Shown here: positions 27,849 to 39,108 of the stretch, piece by piece
Position numbering within the stretch: position 1 is the first letter of the stretch
Layout of the letters: every line of letters begins with the position of its first letter
Assembly: GCA_963789955.1 (NCBI GenBank)
Contig: CAWBMV010000001.1
Coordinates: 160,001 to 224,000 of the forward strand
From: an uncultured Candidatus Rokubacteria bacterium
GTDB lineage: Bacteria > Methylomirabilota > Methylomirabilia > Rokubacteriales > CSP1-6
DNA length: 64,000 bases
Direction: 5' to 3'
Notes under the pieces: generated by a model
Databases searched by the model: none
Seen by the model: only the letters and a program-made list of their open reading frames with translations
What the model was told of the DNA's origin: nothing
Translations under genes and position numbers: made by a program

Positions 27849-30580
27849 CCGCGACCTGCAGGAGTATCGGCGCAAGCGCGATCCAGCCGCGACCCCCGAG
27901 CCCTTCGGCGGACCCGGCCCGCCCGGCGGGAGCCGGTTCGTCGTCCACAAGCACTCGGCGCGGAGGCTCCACTACGATCTGCGGCTCGAGATCGACGGCG
28001 TGCTGAAGAGCTGGGCCGTGCCCAAGGGCCCGTCGGTGCGTTCCCACGAGAAGCGTCTCGCCGTGCACGTCGAAGACCATCCCATCGAGTACGCCGACTT
28101 CGAGGGGCTCATTCCCGAGGGGAACTATGGCGCCGGACCGTCGATCGTGTGGGACGCCGGCCGCTTCCAGCTCCTGAAGCCCGAGCCGGCGCGCGAGCAG
28201 ATCGAGCGGGGCAAGCTCGAGTTCGAGCTGTTCGGCTTCAAGCTGCGCGGACGATGGACGCTCGCGCGCATGAGCGGCAAGGGCCGCGACTGGCTCCTCC
28301 TGAAGAAGTCCGACGAGTACGTCGGCGAGACGGAGCCGACCGAGCGCTATCCCGAGTCGGTCCTGTCGGGGCTCACGATCGAGGAGCTGCGCGACGGCAC
28401 CGGCCGGGTCGACGCGCTGCGGCGGCGTCTGGCCGAGCTCGAGGCTCCGCGCGGGGACATCGCGCCGAGCGGCGATCTGCTGATGCTCGCGACGATTGTC
28501 GAGGAGACGCCGTCGGATCCGGTGTGGCTCTTCGAGATCAAGTACGACGGCGTGCGGGTTCTCGCGTCGCGCGCCGGCGACGACATCGAGCTCCGCGGGC
28601 GGAGTGGCCAGCTCGTCACCATGCGCTACCCGGAGGTGACGGCCGCGCTGCGCGCGCTGCCGCTCAAGAGCTTCGTGCTCGACGGTGAGATCGTGGCGCT
28701 CGACGACCGCGGGCGCTCGCGCTTCCAGCGACTCCAGGAGCGCATGGGCCTCACGCGGCCCGCTGACGTCGAGCGCGGGCGCGGCGAGGTGCCGGTCAGC
28801 GCCGTCCTCTTCGACGCGCTCGGGCTCGACGGCCGCGATCTGCGGCGCCTTCCCCTCGAAGCGCGCAAGGAATGCCTGAGGCTCCTGCTGCCGCCGCGCG
28901 GCGTCGTCTACTTCGGCGATCACGTGCTCGAGCACGGCGCGGATTTTCTCGCGGCGGCGTGCGAGCAGGGGCTGGAAGGCGTCGTGGCCAAGAAGCGCGA
29001 GAGCCCGTACGCCGCGCAGCGGTCTCGAACTGGCTGAAGATCAAGTGTCAGCTGCGGCAGGAGTTCGTGATCGGCGGCTACACGGCGCCGCAGGGCACCC
29101 GGGCGCACTTTGGCGCGCTGCACCTGGGTCTCTACGACCGGGGCGAGCTCGTCTATGTCTCCAAGGTCGGCACGGGGTTCGACGTGCGCACGCTCAAGGA
29201 TCTCAGCGGGAAGCTGCGGCAGCTCGACCGATCGGCGTCGCCCTTCGTGCGCGGCACGCCCGTCGGGCGTGGCCATCACTGGGTCGAGCCGCGGCTCGTC
29301 GCAGAGGTTCGCTTTTCCGAGTTCACGCGCGACGGCGGGATTCGGCATCCGTCCTTCCTCGGGTTGCGGGATGACAAGCGTCCCGAGGATTGCTTGCGCG
29401 AGACGCCGGTGGTGGCGCGTGGCGAGGAGGCCGGGGTGGGGGGCAGGGGTCGGGCTGAGTCGGACCCGCTCGTCCCGCCCGCGGCGCGTCGCGCCGCGGA
29501 GAGCGGGCGAGGGGGTCCACGCCGCCCGACCCCTGCCCCCCACCCCGGCCTCCTCGCCACGCGGTGACATCGGCGGTCGCAGGGCAACATCTCGACGGTC
29601 TTCATCACATGCCGTGGAGGCTGCGGGTGCGGATCAGCGGCGCGCGGGCGTCGGGGATCAGCCGAGGACGGGCTCGGTGGATCAGACGCGGGTGACCATC
29701 ACGAATCCCGCGAAGCTATTTTGGCCGGAGGAGGGGTATACGAAGGCGGAGCTGGTCGAGTACTACGAGGTGGTGGCGCCGTGGTTGTTGCCGTATTTGA
29801 AGGAGAGGCCGCTGGTGCTCACGCGGTATCCCGACGGGATCAACGGGAAGTCGTTCTTTCAGAAGGATGCGCCGGAGTGGACGCCGGCCTGGATCCGGAC
29901 CGAGCGGATCCATGCCAGCGACGTGGACCGCGAGATCGATTACTTCATCGTCGACGATCGCGAGAGCCTGCGCTACGTCGTGAACCTCGGGACGATTCCG
30001 CTGCACCTCTGGAGCTCGCGGCTCTCGTCGCTCGACCATCCGGATTGGCTCGTGCTCGATCTCGATCCCAAGGGCGCGCCGTTCACGGATGTGGTCAAGG
30101 TCGCGCGCGCGCTCCACGCGATCCTGGACGACCTGGCGCTGCCGAGCTACGTGAAGACATCCGGAGCGACCGGGCTGCACATCGTGCTGCCGCTTGGCGC
30201 CGGCTACGACTACGAGGTCACGCGCACGTTCGCGCGGCTCCTGGCGGTGATGGGCGTCGAGGCGGAGCCCGAGATCTCGACGATCGCGCGGCCCCTGCGC
30301 GCGCGCGGCGGCAAGGTCTACATCGACTTCGGCCAGAACGGCCGGGGACAGACGGTCGTCGCGCCGTTCTCGGCACGCCCGCTGCCGGGCGCGACGGTCT
30401 CGTGTCCGCTGCGCTGGGAGGAAGTCACCGGCCCAGCTCGATCCGGCGCGCTTCACGATCAAGACGGCCCCGGCGCGCTTCGAGAAGCTCGGCGACCCGC
30501 TGGCGCCGGTGCTGAAGGGGCGCATCGACGTCGCGGCGGCCCTGCGCAAGCTCGCGCACCGCGCACCGGCGCGTCGCTGA
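27841..30580 (+). CDS. ligD: DNA ligase D (phosphoesterase-ligase-polymerase), three apparent frameshifts
   Basis: PE domain HSARRLHYDLRLE; ligase EIKYDGVR, LDGEIV, EGVVAK; OB domain WLKIK...QEFVIGGY; POL domain TRYPDG, DLDP, KTSGATGLH, YIDFGQN. Frame breaks near 29025, 29400-29565 and 30430. Confidence 0.9.
29416..29563. repeat. Palindromic element 2 (perfect 40 bp arms) in the LigD ligase-polymerase linker
   Basis: 29416-29455 CGCGTGGCGAGGAGGCCGGGGTGGGGGGCAGGGGTCGGGC is the exact reverse complement of 29524-29563. Nested hairpin CCGCGGCGCG-T-CGCGCCGCGG. Confidence 0.9.
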
Positions 30581-30599
30581 ATCTCGTCGTCGCGACCTC

Positions 30600-31772
30600 T
30601 CAGCCGCGCCGCTCGCCGAGACTCGCGGTCAAGATCGCCAGCATCTCGTCGATCTCGTCGCGGGTCACCGTCAGCGCCGGCATGAAGCGGAGCGTGTCCG
30701 GGCGCGGCGCATTGACGAGCAGGCCGTAGTCGAGTGCGGCGGCCGCGACCTTCTTCGCGTCCTGGCCCTTCAGCTCGAGGGCCTGGAGCAGCCCTCGGCC
30801 CCGGACTTCGCCGTGCCCCAGCTCGCCGGCCAGCGCGCGCAGGCGCGCCATCAGGTACGAGCCGTTCGAGGCCACCGACTCGAGGAATTCCGGCTGCGCG
30901 ACCGTCTCGACAACGGCGCAGCCGACGGCGGCCATCAGCGGGTTGCCGTTGAACGTGCCGCCTTGATCGCCGTACTCGAAGCAGCTGACCGGACCGGAGG
31001 CGATGAGCGCGGCGAGCGGGACGCCGCCGCCGATGCCCTTGCCGACCGTGACGATGTCCGGGCTGAGCCCGGCATGCTGGTAGCCGAAGAAGCGGCCGGT
31101 CCGTCCCACTCCGGTCTGGATCTCGTCGAGGATCAGCAGCAGGCCGTGCTCCTTCGTCAGGGCCGAGAGCGCGCGGAGATAGTCGTCGCCCGCCGGAAAC
31201 ACACCGGCCTCACCCTGGATCGGCTCCAGCATCACCGCGACCGTGCGCGGCGTGATGGCGGCGGCAACGGCGCCGAGGTCGCCCAGCGGGACCTTCCGAA
31301 AGCCGTGGACCTTTGGCGGGAAGATGTCGTCCCAGCCCGGCTTGCCCGAGGCGGCCATCGTCGCGAGCGTGCGTCCGTGAAAGCTGCCGACCATCGTGAT
31401 GATCTCGTAGGCGCCGTCACGATGGCGGCCGCCCCACTTCCGCGCGAGCTTGATCGCGCCCTCGTTCGCCTCGGCGCCGCTGTTGCAGAGAAAGACCTGA
31501 TCGAGGCCCGACGCGCCGGCGAGGCGGCTGGCCAGCTTGGCCATCGGCTCGTTGTAGTACGCGGGGCTGCAGTTGATCAGCCGGGATCCTTGCGCGCTCA
31601 GCGCGTCGAGCACCGCACGCGGCGAGTGACCGAGGCTGTTCACCGCCCAGCCCTGGACGAAGTCGAGATAGCGCTTGCCGTCGCGATCCCAGAGCCACGA
31701 GCCCTCGCCCTTGACCATCACGGGTGACGGCCGCTCGGTGATCTTCATGATGTGATCGAGCTCTCGCTTCAT
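30600..31772 (-). CDS. argD: Acetylornithine aminotransferase
   Basis: [63 protein letters not shown]. Confidence 0.9.
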   Translation of the reverse strand: MKRELDHIMKITERPSPVMVKGEGSWLWDRDGKRYLDFVQGWAVNSLGHSPRAVLDALSAQGSRLINCSPAYYNEPMAKLASRLAGASGLDQVFLCNSGAEANEGAIKLARKWGGRHRDGAYEIITMVGSFHGRTLATMAASGKPGWDDIFPPKVHGFRKVPLGDLGAVAAAITPRTVAVMLEPIQGEAGVFPAGDDYLRALSALTKEHGLLLILDEIQTGVGRTGRFFGYQHAGLSPDIVTVGKGIGGGVPLAALIASGPVSCFEYGDQGGTFNGNPLMAAVGCAVVETVAQPEFLESVASNGSYLMARLRALAGELGHGEVRGRGLLQALELKGQDAKKVAAAALDYGLLVNAPRPDTLRFMPALTVTRDEIDEMLAILTASLGERRG

Positions 31773-31809
31773 GACTCGGTCCTCCTGTGATCCGGGTGAA
31801 GGGGTTCGG

Positions 31810-32464
31810 TCAATCGAGACGTCGCTGCACGATCGCGACGTCGTGCCAGCGTCCGAGCTTGAACGCGGACTCGCGCTCGACGCCGACCGGCCGGAAGCCG
31901 TGACGCGCGTGCAGGCGAAGCGACGCGGCGTTCTTCGCGGTGATCCGGGCCACGATCGAGTGGTGCTCGAGCATCCGGGCGCGCCGGATCAGCTCGGTGA
32001 GGATCAGGCTGCCGAGCCCGAGCCCGCGGCGATCCCGCGCGACGTAGACGGAATCCTCGACCGTTCGTGCGAACGCCGGCTTCGGCCGGTACGGGGACAG
32101 CGATCCGTAGGCGACGACGACGCCGTCACGCTCGGGGTCGTCCGAGGCGGCGCTGGCCACCACGACCGGGTAGCGCTCGGTGTGTCGCGCGAACCACTCG
32201 CGCTGGGCGAGCAGGTCTCTCGGCTCGGTGTCCGTGGTCGCGTCGGTGCACCGGACCTCGTAGTTCCAGATCGCGGCGATCTGCGTGAGGTCCGCCGCGC
32301 GGGCCGCGCGAACCTCGACGCGGCCGGCCGGCGCGGCGCTACGCGTGCGCGGAGACGGGCGGGGCTTCAGCGCGGCGAAGAAGCCTCCGGCGCCCCGCAT
32401 CGAGCCGGGCGCGGTCCAGGCGATCCTTCGCGAGTACCTCGAGAACGTAGAAGCTCGAATCCAT
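31810..32464 (-). CDS. GNAT N-acetyltransferase (PAT/MddA-like); 5' end uncertain or frameshifted
   Basis: [17 protein letters not shown]...[24 protein letters not shown]. The upstream ATG 32464 ([10 protein letters not shown]...) is in another frame. Confidence 0.78.
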
Positions 32465-32500
32465 GCGTGACATGATGCCGAGGTTTCGTGTATCAGTAAA

Positions 32501-32539
32501 ATCAATTGTCTTGATCATGACGATCAGGTATTTTTTGAT
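32501..32539. promoter_or_regulatory. LysR-type operator boxes in a divergent promoter
   Basis: ATCAA-TTGTC-TTGAT (32501-32515, T-N11-A dyad) and ATCA-N9-TGAT (32523-32539) in an AT-rich spacer upstream of lysR. Confidence 0.65.
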
Positions 32540-32548
32540 ACTCCCGAC

Positions 32549-33442
32549 GTGAACGTCCAGCTCGCGCACCTGCAAACGCTCGCCACCGTCGCGCGCCACG
32601 GGAGCTTCTCCCGGGCGGCGCGCGAGCTCCGGCTCACGCAGCCGGCCGTGAGCATGCAGGTCCGCCAGCTCGAGCAAGAGGTCGGCCTGCCGCTGCTGGA
32701 GCGCGTCGGCAAGCGGACATACACGACCAAGGCCGGCGAGCTCCTCCTGGCGCACGCCGGCCGCGCGATGCGGGAGCTCGAGCGCGGCCTCGAGCTGGTC
32801 CACCAGTTGCGAGGGATCGTGGCCGGCCGCATCCGGCTCGGGACGAGCGCGTCGTTCAGCATTTATCTGCTGCCGTCCGCGCTGCGCCGGTTCCGGGCGC
32901 GCTACCCGCAGACCGAGCTCGTCGTCGTGACCGGGAACGCCCCGGAGATCACCCGCGCCGTCGTGGCCAACGAGCTCGATGTCGGCATCGTGAGCCTCCC
33001 GGTGCGGGAGCGCGAGCTGGTGGTGGCGGCGTTGCACCGAGACGAGCTGGTCGCGATCGGGCCGCCCGGCCGCCGGTGGCCGCGAGCCCGCGCGACGGCG
33101 GCCGAGCTCGCACGCGAGCCCATGATCTTGTTCGAGCGGGGCGCGACCTTGCGCCGCCTGATCGACACCTGGTTCCAGCGGGGTGGCGCCGCGCCGGCGC
33201 TGCCCATGGAGCTCGGCAATACGGAGGCGATCAAGAAGCTCGTGGAGTCGGGGCTGGGGCTCTCGGTGACATCGTGGTTCGCGGCCAAGGCCGACGTTCG
33301 GGCGCGGCGGCTCAGCGCGGTGAAGCTCACGCCGCCGCTATTCCGCCAGATCGGGATCGTGCTCCGGCGCGACAAGCCGAAGACGCCGGTGCTCGACGCG
33401 TTCCTGGGAACGCTCGACGACTTGCGGCGATCCCTCGCCTAG
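32549..33442 (+). CDS. LysR family transcriptional regulator
   Basis: [40 protein letters not shown]. Confidence 0.93.
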   Translation: MNVQLAHLQTLATVARHGSFSRAARELRLTQPAVSMQVRQLEQEVGLPLLERVGKRTYTTKAGELLLAHAGRAMRELERGLELVHQLRGIVAGRIRLGTSASFSIYLLPSALRRFRARYPQTELVVVTGNAPEITRAVVANELDVGIVSLPVRERELVVAALHRDELVAIGPPGRRWPRARATAAELAREPMILFERGATLRRLIDTWFQRGGAAPALPMELGNTEAIKKLVESGLGLSVTSWFAAKADVRARRLSAVKLTPPLFRQIGIVLRRDKPKTPVLDAFLGTLDDLRRSLA

Positions 33443-33585
33443 CCGATCCGTCGTCTAGACGTCGCGCCGCGCGGTCACTTGGATGCGGCCGCCCGCTGGG
33501 CGATCTGCACGCAGGCGGCCATGAGGTACTTCCCGTTCGCGGGCTTGAAGATCGACGACTCGCCGCTCGATCCTCCGATGAGCCG

Positions 33586-34309
33586 TTACGAAACCGCTCG
33601 GGCCGGAACGCCGCGGAGCGCGAGGAATCGCCGGGCGAGCGCCGGCCCCGAGCCCGAGTCCTCGTGCTTGAAGAAGACGTAGGCGTCGCACCACCCGGCC
33701 GCCGACCTGATCGATCGTCGCGATCCAGCGGCGCAGATCGTCGTCGCAGTATTCCACGGCGCGGAGCCGGACGTAGCCGAAGTCGGCCGTCGCAACCGCG
33801 GGTGTCGTGCCGTCCTCGGTGTCGGCGATGCAGAGCGCGGCGTTGCGCGAGCGCAGCAGCGCGTAGACCTCGTCGTCGAACCAGCTCTCGTGCCGGAACT
33901 CGAAGGCCACCCGGAATCCGTCGGGCACGATCGGAGCACGTCGGCCGAGCCGATCGGCCGCCTTCTTGAAGTTCGGGGGGAGCTGGAAGAGCAGAGGGCC
34001 GAGCTTGTCGCCGAGGGTGCGGGCCGCATCGCAGAAGTGGCGCAGGGGCTCGTCGACGTCGAGGAGCCGGCCGAAGTGCGTGATGCGCTGGGGCGCCTTG
34101 AGCACGTACGTGAACCCGGCCGGCGCGGCGGCGCCCCAGCCTTCGACGGTCCTGGCACTCGGCATGCGATAGAACGTCGCGTTGATCTCGACGGTCGTGA
34201 AGCGCTCCACGTAGTACGCGAGCATCTTCGACGCCGGGAGCTTCTCGGGATAGAAGGTCCCCCTCCACTCCGGGTAGTTGTACCCGGACGTCCCGACGTG
34301 CGTGTTCAG
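33586..34309 (-). CDS. DUF72 (YecE) family protein, frameshifted; probable CTG start
   Basis: [54 protein letters not shown]-terminal YVFFKHED is in another frame. Confidence 0.82.
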
Positions 34310-35418
34310 CCGAGCACCGCCGCGAGCGGCGTCGCCGTCTCGCCGACCGATTCGGCGACGCCGGGATGCACGATCTTCCCGTGCCAGACGTTGATGCCCT
34401 TGGCCAGGAACGGATTGGCGCGCGCGGCGCCGCCGGCTCCGCGCGTCGCCAGCTCGATGACGTACGGGAGCGTGGCGTTCGTGAGCGCGAACGTCGACGT
34501 GCGCGGGACGAGCGCCGGCATGTTGGCGACGCCGTAGTGGACGACACCGCCGACGAGATAGACGGGGTCGAGCAGGGTGGTCGGATGGATGGTCGCGACG
34601 CAGCCGCCCTGATCCACCGCGATGTCCACGATCACCGAGCCTTCCTTCATCTGCGACACCATCTCCTTGGTGACGAGGACCGGGGCCCGCGCGCCGGCGA
34701 GCAGCACGGCGCCGATCAGCAGATCGGCGCGGCGGGACGCCTGCTCGATGTTGAAGCTGTTGGACATGATCGTGACCACCTGGCCGCGAAAGAGATCGTC
34801 GACGTGCCGGAGCCGGTCGACGTTGACGTCGAGGATCGAGACGTCGGCGCCGAGGCCGACGGCGGTCTTGGCGGCGTTGAGCCCGGCCGCGCCCGCGCCG
34901 AGGATCACGACGTTGCCCGGCGGCACGCCCGGAACGCCGGAAAGCAGGATGCCGCGACCCCCGTGGGCGCGGCCGAGATAGAAGGCGCCTTCCTGAACCG
35001 AAAGGCGTCCGGCCACCTCGCTCATCGGCGTCAGCAGCGGCAGGCTCCCGTCGGCGCGCTGGACGGTCTCGTAGGCGATCGCGATAGCGCCCGAGTCACG
35101 CAGGCCGCGGGTGAGCTCCGGCGCCGGCGCCAGATGCAGATACGTGAACAGCACTTGCCCCGGGCGGAGCCGGGCGACCTCGGGCGTGAGCGGCTCCTTG
35201 ACCTTCAGCACGAGCTCGGCGCGCCGCCAGACGTCGTCGACCGGGGCGAGCTCGGCGCCGACCGCCGTGTATTCCTCGTCGCGGATGCCGCTCCCGGCGC
35301 CGGCGCCGCGCTCGACGACCACGCCATGCGCGGCCTCGACCAGCGCTCGCGCGCCGGCCGGAGTCAGCGCCACGCGCTGCTCGCCCGGCTTGATCTCGCG
35401 TGGGACCCCGATGATCAT
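34306..35418 (-). CDS. ald: Alanine dehydrogenase
   Basis: [53 protein letters not shown]. Confidence 0.94.
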   Translation of the reverse strand: MIIGVPREIKPGEQRVALTPAGARALVEAAHGVVVERGAGAGSGIRDEEYTAVGAELAPVDDVWRRAELVLKVKEPLTPEVARLRPGQVLFTYLHLAPAPELTRGLRDSGAIAIAYETVQRADGSLPLLTPMSEVAGRLSVQEGAFYLGRAHGGRGILLSGVPGVPPGNVVILGAGAAGLNAAKTAVGLGADVSILDVNVDRLRHVDDLFRGQVVTIMSNSFNIEQASRRADLLIGAVLLAGARAPVLVTKEMVSQMKEGSVIVDIAVDQGGCVATIHPTTLLDPVYLVGGVVHYGVANMPALVPRTSTFALTNATLPYVIELATRGAGGAARANPFLAKGINVWHGKIVHPGVAESVGETATPLAAVLG

Positions 35419-35460
35419 GGTGCCTCCTTCGCCGCGGCCCGATGTGAGCCGAGGAAATCG

Positions 35461-36303
35461 CTACCTCACGTATAACAGGAAAAACCGCGCGAGGCTCGCC
35501 TCGAACCCGCGCGGCAGCTCGCCGTGGCGACCATGATCCAGGAACATGAACTCGCTCCGCGTATTGCCGGCGAGCGCGCGCCGGATACGCTCGGCGTGCT
35601 CGAAGGGGATCTGCTCGTCCTCACGGCTCGCCACGAGCAACACCGGGACCGAGAGCGCCGACGCCGCGCGCTCGGGTGAGATCGCGGTGATGTCGGAGCG
35701 GAAGAACACGAAGGACCAGCCGCGCAGGAGCGCCACGAAGGGATATTTCAGCCACCCGAGCCAGCCGTAGAGCTCGTAGCCGAGCGAGCGCAGGTCTGCG
35801 AACGGCGCGTACGCGGCCACGGCGCGGATACGCGGATCGTCGGCGGCGGCGAGGAGCGCGACCGCCCCGCCCAGCGAGAAGCCGAAGACGCCGACCTCGT
35901 TGAACCCACGGGCGACGAGCACGTCGATCGCGCGGCGGAGATCGCCGCGCTCGCGGAAGCCGATCGTGGTCGCCCGCCCGCCGCTCTGCCCGAAGTAGCG
36001 CTGGTCGAGCAGGAGGACGGTGAAGCGCGGCGCCAGCGCCGCGGCGATCGGCAGCAGGTCGGCCTTCTCGGAGGGGTAGCCGTGGAGCAGCACGATCGCC
36101 GGCGCGCCCGCGCGGGGCAGGAGCCACGCGGCGAGCGGCACGCCGTCGTCGGCCGTGATCGTCACATTCTCGACCGTCAGCCCGACGTCGCCGGGGGTGA
36201 GCGGAACGGCGAGGCGCGGCGGCCGGACGGCGAGCCAGAAGCTCACGAGGCTCAGCACCACGACCGCGCCGGCGAAGACCGCGAGGTAAACGACGAGCTT
36301 CAC
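35461..36303 (-). CDS. Membrane-anchored alpha/beta hydrolase
   Basis: GTG 36303; N-terminal TM segment; LLHGY, GFSLGG nucleophile elbow, D and H (GRHG). Confidence 0.82.
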   Translation of the reverse strand: MKLVVYLAVFAGAVVVLSLVSFWLAVRPPRLAVPLTPGDVGLTVENVTITADDGVPLAAWLLPRAGAPAIVLLHGYPSEKADLLPIAAALAPRFTVLLLDQRYFGQSGGRATTIGFRERGDLRRAIDVLVARGFNEVGVFGFSLGGAVALLAAADDPRIRAVAAYAPFADLRSLGYELYGWLGWLKYPFVALLRGWSFVFFRSDITAISPERAASALSVPVLLVASREDEQIPFEHAERIRRALAGNTRSEFMFLDHGRHGELPRGFEASLARFFLLYVR

Positions 36304-36327
36304 CGTATGATAGTCGGCGTTCGCGCG

Positions 36328-37209
36328 ATGATCGACAACACGACGCTCGGAGCCCTCGCCGCCCTGGGCTCGGCGGTGGCGTGGGCGGTGACCAGTCTCC
36401 TGGCGCGCTCCCTCATGTCCGAGCTGGGATCGGTCGGTGTCAACGCCATTCGCTCGACCATCGGCGGGACGCTCCTCGTCGCCTGGGTGTTCGCGACCGT
36501 CGGTACCGGCGCCTTCACGACGATCTCGGCCGGCGCGTGGCTGTTGCTCGGTCTCTCGATCATCACGGCGATCGCGCTCGGCGACACCGTGTTCTTCGAG
36601 AGCACGCGCTTCATCGGCGTCGGCCGGGCGATGACGATCTCGACGACCTATCCGCTGGGAGCCGCCGTGATCGCCGCGGTGTTCCTGAACGAGCCGGTCA
36701 CGGTGCCCGTCGCGGCCGGCACGCTCGTCACGATGGCCGGCCTCGTCCTCATCGTGGCGCCGTGGGCCGAGCGCGCGCCGGAGGAGCGCTTCTGGTTCGG
36801 CGTCGGCGCCGCCGCGCTCGCGTCGCTCGCCTGGGCGGTCTCGACCGTCCTCGTGAAGCCGCCGCTGTCCGAGATGGGGCCGGTGACCGCGCAGGCGATC
36901 CGGCTGCCGGTCGCCTCGATGGTGCTCTGGCTGACGCCGTGGGCCCGCTCGGCCCCCCGCGCGCTCCGCATGAGCAGTCGCGCCGTGCAAATCCGCATCG
37001 TCATCCTGGGCGCGATCACGTCGGTGAGCTCGGTCATGTTCGTCGCCGGCGTCAAGCACGCCGGCGTCGCCGTCGCCTCCGTCCTCTCGTCGACCGCCCC
37101 CATGTTCGCGATTCCCCTCGCCGTCATCTTCCTCGACGAGCGCCTCACCCTCCGCGCCCTCGCCGGCATCACCCTGACCCTCGCCGGCATCGTCCTCCTC
37201 CAGCTCTAA
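36328..37209 (+). CDS. DMT/EamA family transporter
   Basis: About 10 TM segments in two EamA repeats (FLNEPV / FLDERL). Confidence 0.85.
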   Translation: MIDNTTLGALAALGSAVAWAVTSLLARSLMSELGSVGVNAIRSTIGGTLLVAWVFATVGTGAFTTISAGAWLLLGLSIITAIALGDTVFFESTRFIGVGRAMTISTTYPLGAAVIAAVFLNEPVTVPVAAGTLVTMAGLVLIVAPWAERAPEERFWFGVGAAALASLAWAVSTVLVKPPLSEMGPVTAQAIRLPVASMVLWLTPWARSAPRALRMSSRAVQIRIVILGAITSVSSVMFVAGVKHAGVAVASVLSSTAPMFAIPLAVIFLDERLTLRALAGITLTLAGIVLLQL

Positions 37210-37322
37210 GAACCTTCCGAAGTCCCGAGCCCCCGAAAGCAGCGACCCCGTCGGCAGCCGTACTTCCAACCCGATCGCGATGGACGAGTGTCTACGACGG
37301 TCGAGGGGCGCCGCCAAGGGGA

Positions 37323-37481
37323 GCATGCCGGGCGGGCGCGTGAGGGGAGGGGTTGCGGGACCCGTTCCCTCCAAGCAACCGCGGACGAGGCGCGCCCAGA
37401 TGGAGCCCAGCCACCCCGGAGCAGCGGACGCGTGCCGCGTGGTACCCGCAACCCCTCCCCTCACGCGCCCGCCCGGCATGC
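37323..37481. repeat. Palindromic element 3 (perfect 37 bp arms), intergenic between convergent genes
   Basis: 37323-37359 GCATGCCGGGCGGGCGCGTGAGGGGAGGGGTTGCGGG is the reverse complement of 37445-37481. Confidence 0.9.
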
Positions 37482-37486
37482 GTGCG

Positions 37487-39078
37487 CTAGGCGGAGAAGT
37501 CCGTCGACCGGAAGACGACCCGCCGCCGACGAGCGTCAGAGTGGGCGTGATGTCCTTGATCCGAGCTTCGGCGCACGTGAAGACATCGTCGGAGAGCACG
37601 ACGAGATCGGCATGCTTGCCGGGCTCGAGCGTGCCAAGCGAATCCTCCTGCCGCGACGCGTACGCGTTCCAGCTCGTGAACGAGCGAATCGCTTCCTCGC
37701 GCGTCATGCGCTGCTCGGGCTGCCAGCCTCGATCCTCGCCGCTGCGAGGCCGCCTCGCGACGGCGGCGTAGAGGCCGTGAAACGGGCTCGGGCTCTCGAC
37801 CGGGAAGTCGGAGCCGCCCGCGATGATGACGCCGGTCGCGAGCAGGGAGCGCCAGGCGTACGCGCCGCGGAGCCGGTCCGGACCGAGCCGCTCGGCCGCC
37901 CATTCCATGTCGGAGGTGCAGTGGGTCGCCTGCATGCTCGGCAGGGCGCCGAGCCGGTGAAAGCGCGGGATATCGCGCTCGGTCAGAATCTGGGCGTGCT
38001 CGACGCGAAAGCGATGATCCGGCCACGGGCCGCGCGCGAGTGCTGCTTCGAGCGCGTCCAGGGTCAGCGTGTTCGCGCGATCGCCGATCGCGTGCACGCA
38101 AACCTGGAAGCCGAGCGCGGCCGCCTCGAGCGTGAGGCGCGTGATCTCGTCGGGCGGGATCAGCACGAGCCCGGTATTGCCGGGATCGTCGCAGTACGCG
38201 TCGTGCAGCGCGGCGCCGCGCGAGCCGAGCGCGCCGTCGGCCATCAGCTTCAGCGCGCCCACCACGACACGGCCGTCGCCGAAGGTCTCGGGGCCATTTT
38301 CTCGGTAGACCGCCCACGTCGACTCCGAGCGCGCCGCGACCGCCACGTAGTTGCGGAACGGAAACCGTCCGCGCTCGACGAGCCGGCGGTACGAGGCAAG
38401 GGCGTAGAGCTCGGCGCCCATCTCGTGGATGCCGGTGAGCCCCGCGGCCAGGCACTCGTCGATCGCCTCGCCGACGGCCTGGTCGAAGCGCTCGGACGAC
38501 GGCCGCGGCTCCGCGCGCTGGATCAGCCGCTGGGCCGTGTCGACGAGCACGCCGGTGGGCTCGCCGCGCTCATCCTTGAGGATCCGCCCGCCCGTCGGCT
38601 CGGACGTCGCGCGGTCGATCCCGGCGGCGGCGAGCGCGGCCGAGTTCGCCCAGGTCGCGTGGCCGTCGATGCGGGTGAGCGCCACCGGATGATCGGGCGC
38701 CGCGCGGTCGAGCGATGCCCTGGTCGGCCACTGACGCTCCGGCCAGCGGTTGTGGTCCCAGCCGCGGCCGCCGAGCCATTCGCCGCGCGGAGTCTTCGCG
38801 GCGCGAGCCGCCACGCGCTCGGCGACCTCGGCCTCCGACCGCGCTCCGCCGGCGTCGAGGGTGAGCCGGCCGCGCGCCAGGTGCATCAGATGGCCGTGCG
38901 CGTCGACGAGACCGGGGACCACGGCCCGCCCGCCGAGGTCGATGACGGGCTCGGCCGCCGAGACATTCACGTCGGCACGCCGTCCGGCGAATGCCACGCG
39001 GCCGTCGCGCACGACCAGCGTGTCGACGACGGTGTTCCAGGCATCCATCAGATAGATCCGGCCGTTGGTCAGCAGCAT
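37487..39078 (-). CDS. Amidohydrolase 3 family (YtcJ-like); frameshift near 37520
   Basis: PGLVDAHGH, DGH, KLMADGALGSRGA, HAIGD, RVEHAQ, GSDFPVE, GKHADLVVL. The true end VVFRSTDFSA* is in the adjacent frame. Confidence 0.87.
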
Positions 39079-39108
39079 GGATGCCGAATCGGCTGGATTC
39101 GGGTCGGG

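Noticed and set aside
22907..37481. CRISPR array or autonomous IS explaining the repeats
   Set aside because: The repeats are isolated inverted pairs with no direct repeat-spacer periodicity, and no cas or transposase gene is in the window.
35461..39078. 1205-aa amidohydrolase-alpha/beta hydrolase fusion in the ORF track
   Set aside because: A frameshift near 37520 lets the frame run through a palindrome and antisense across the DMT gene; these are two separate genes.
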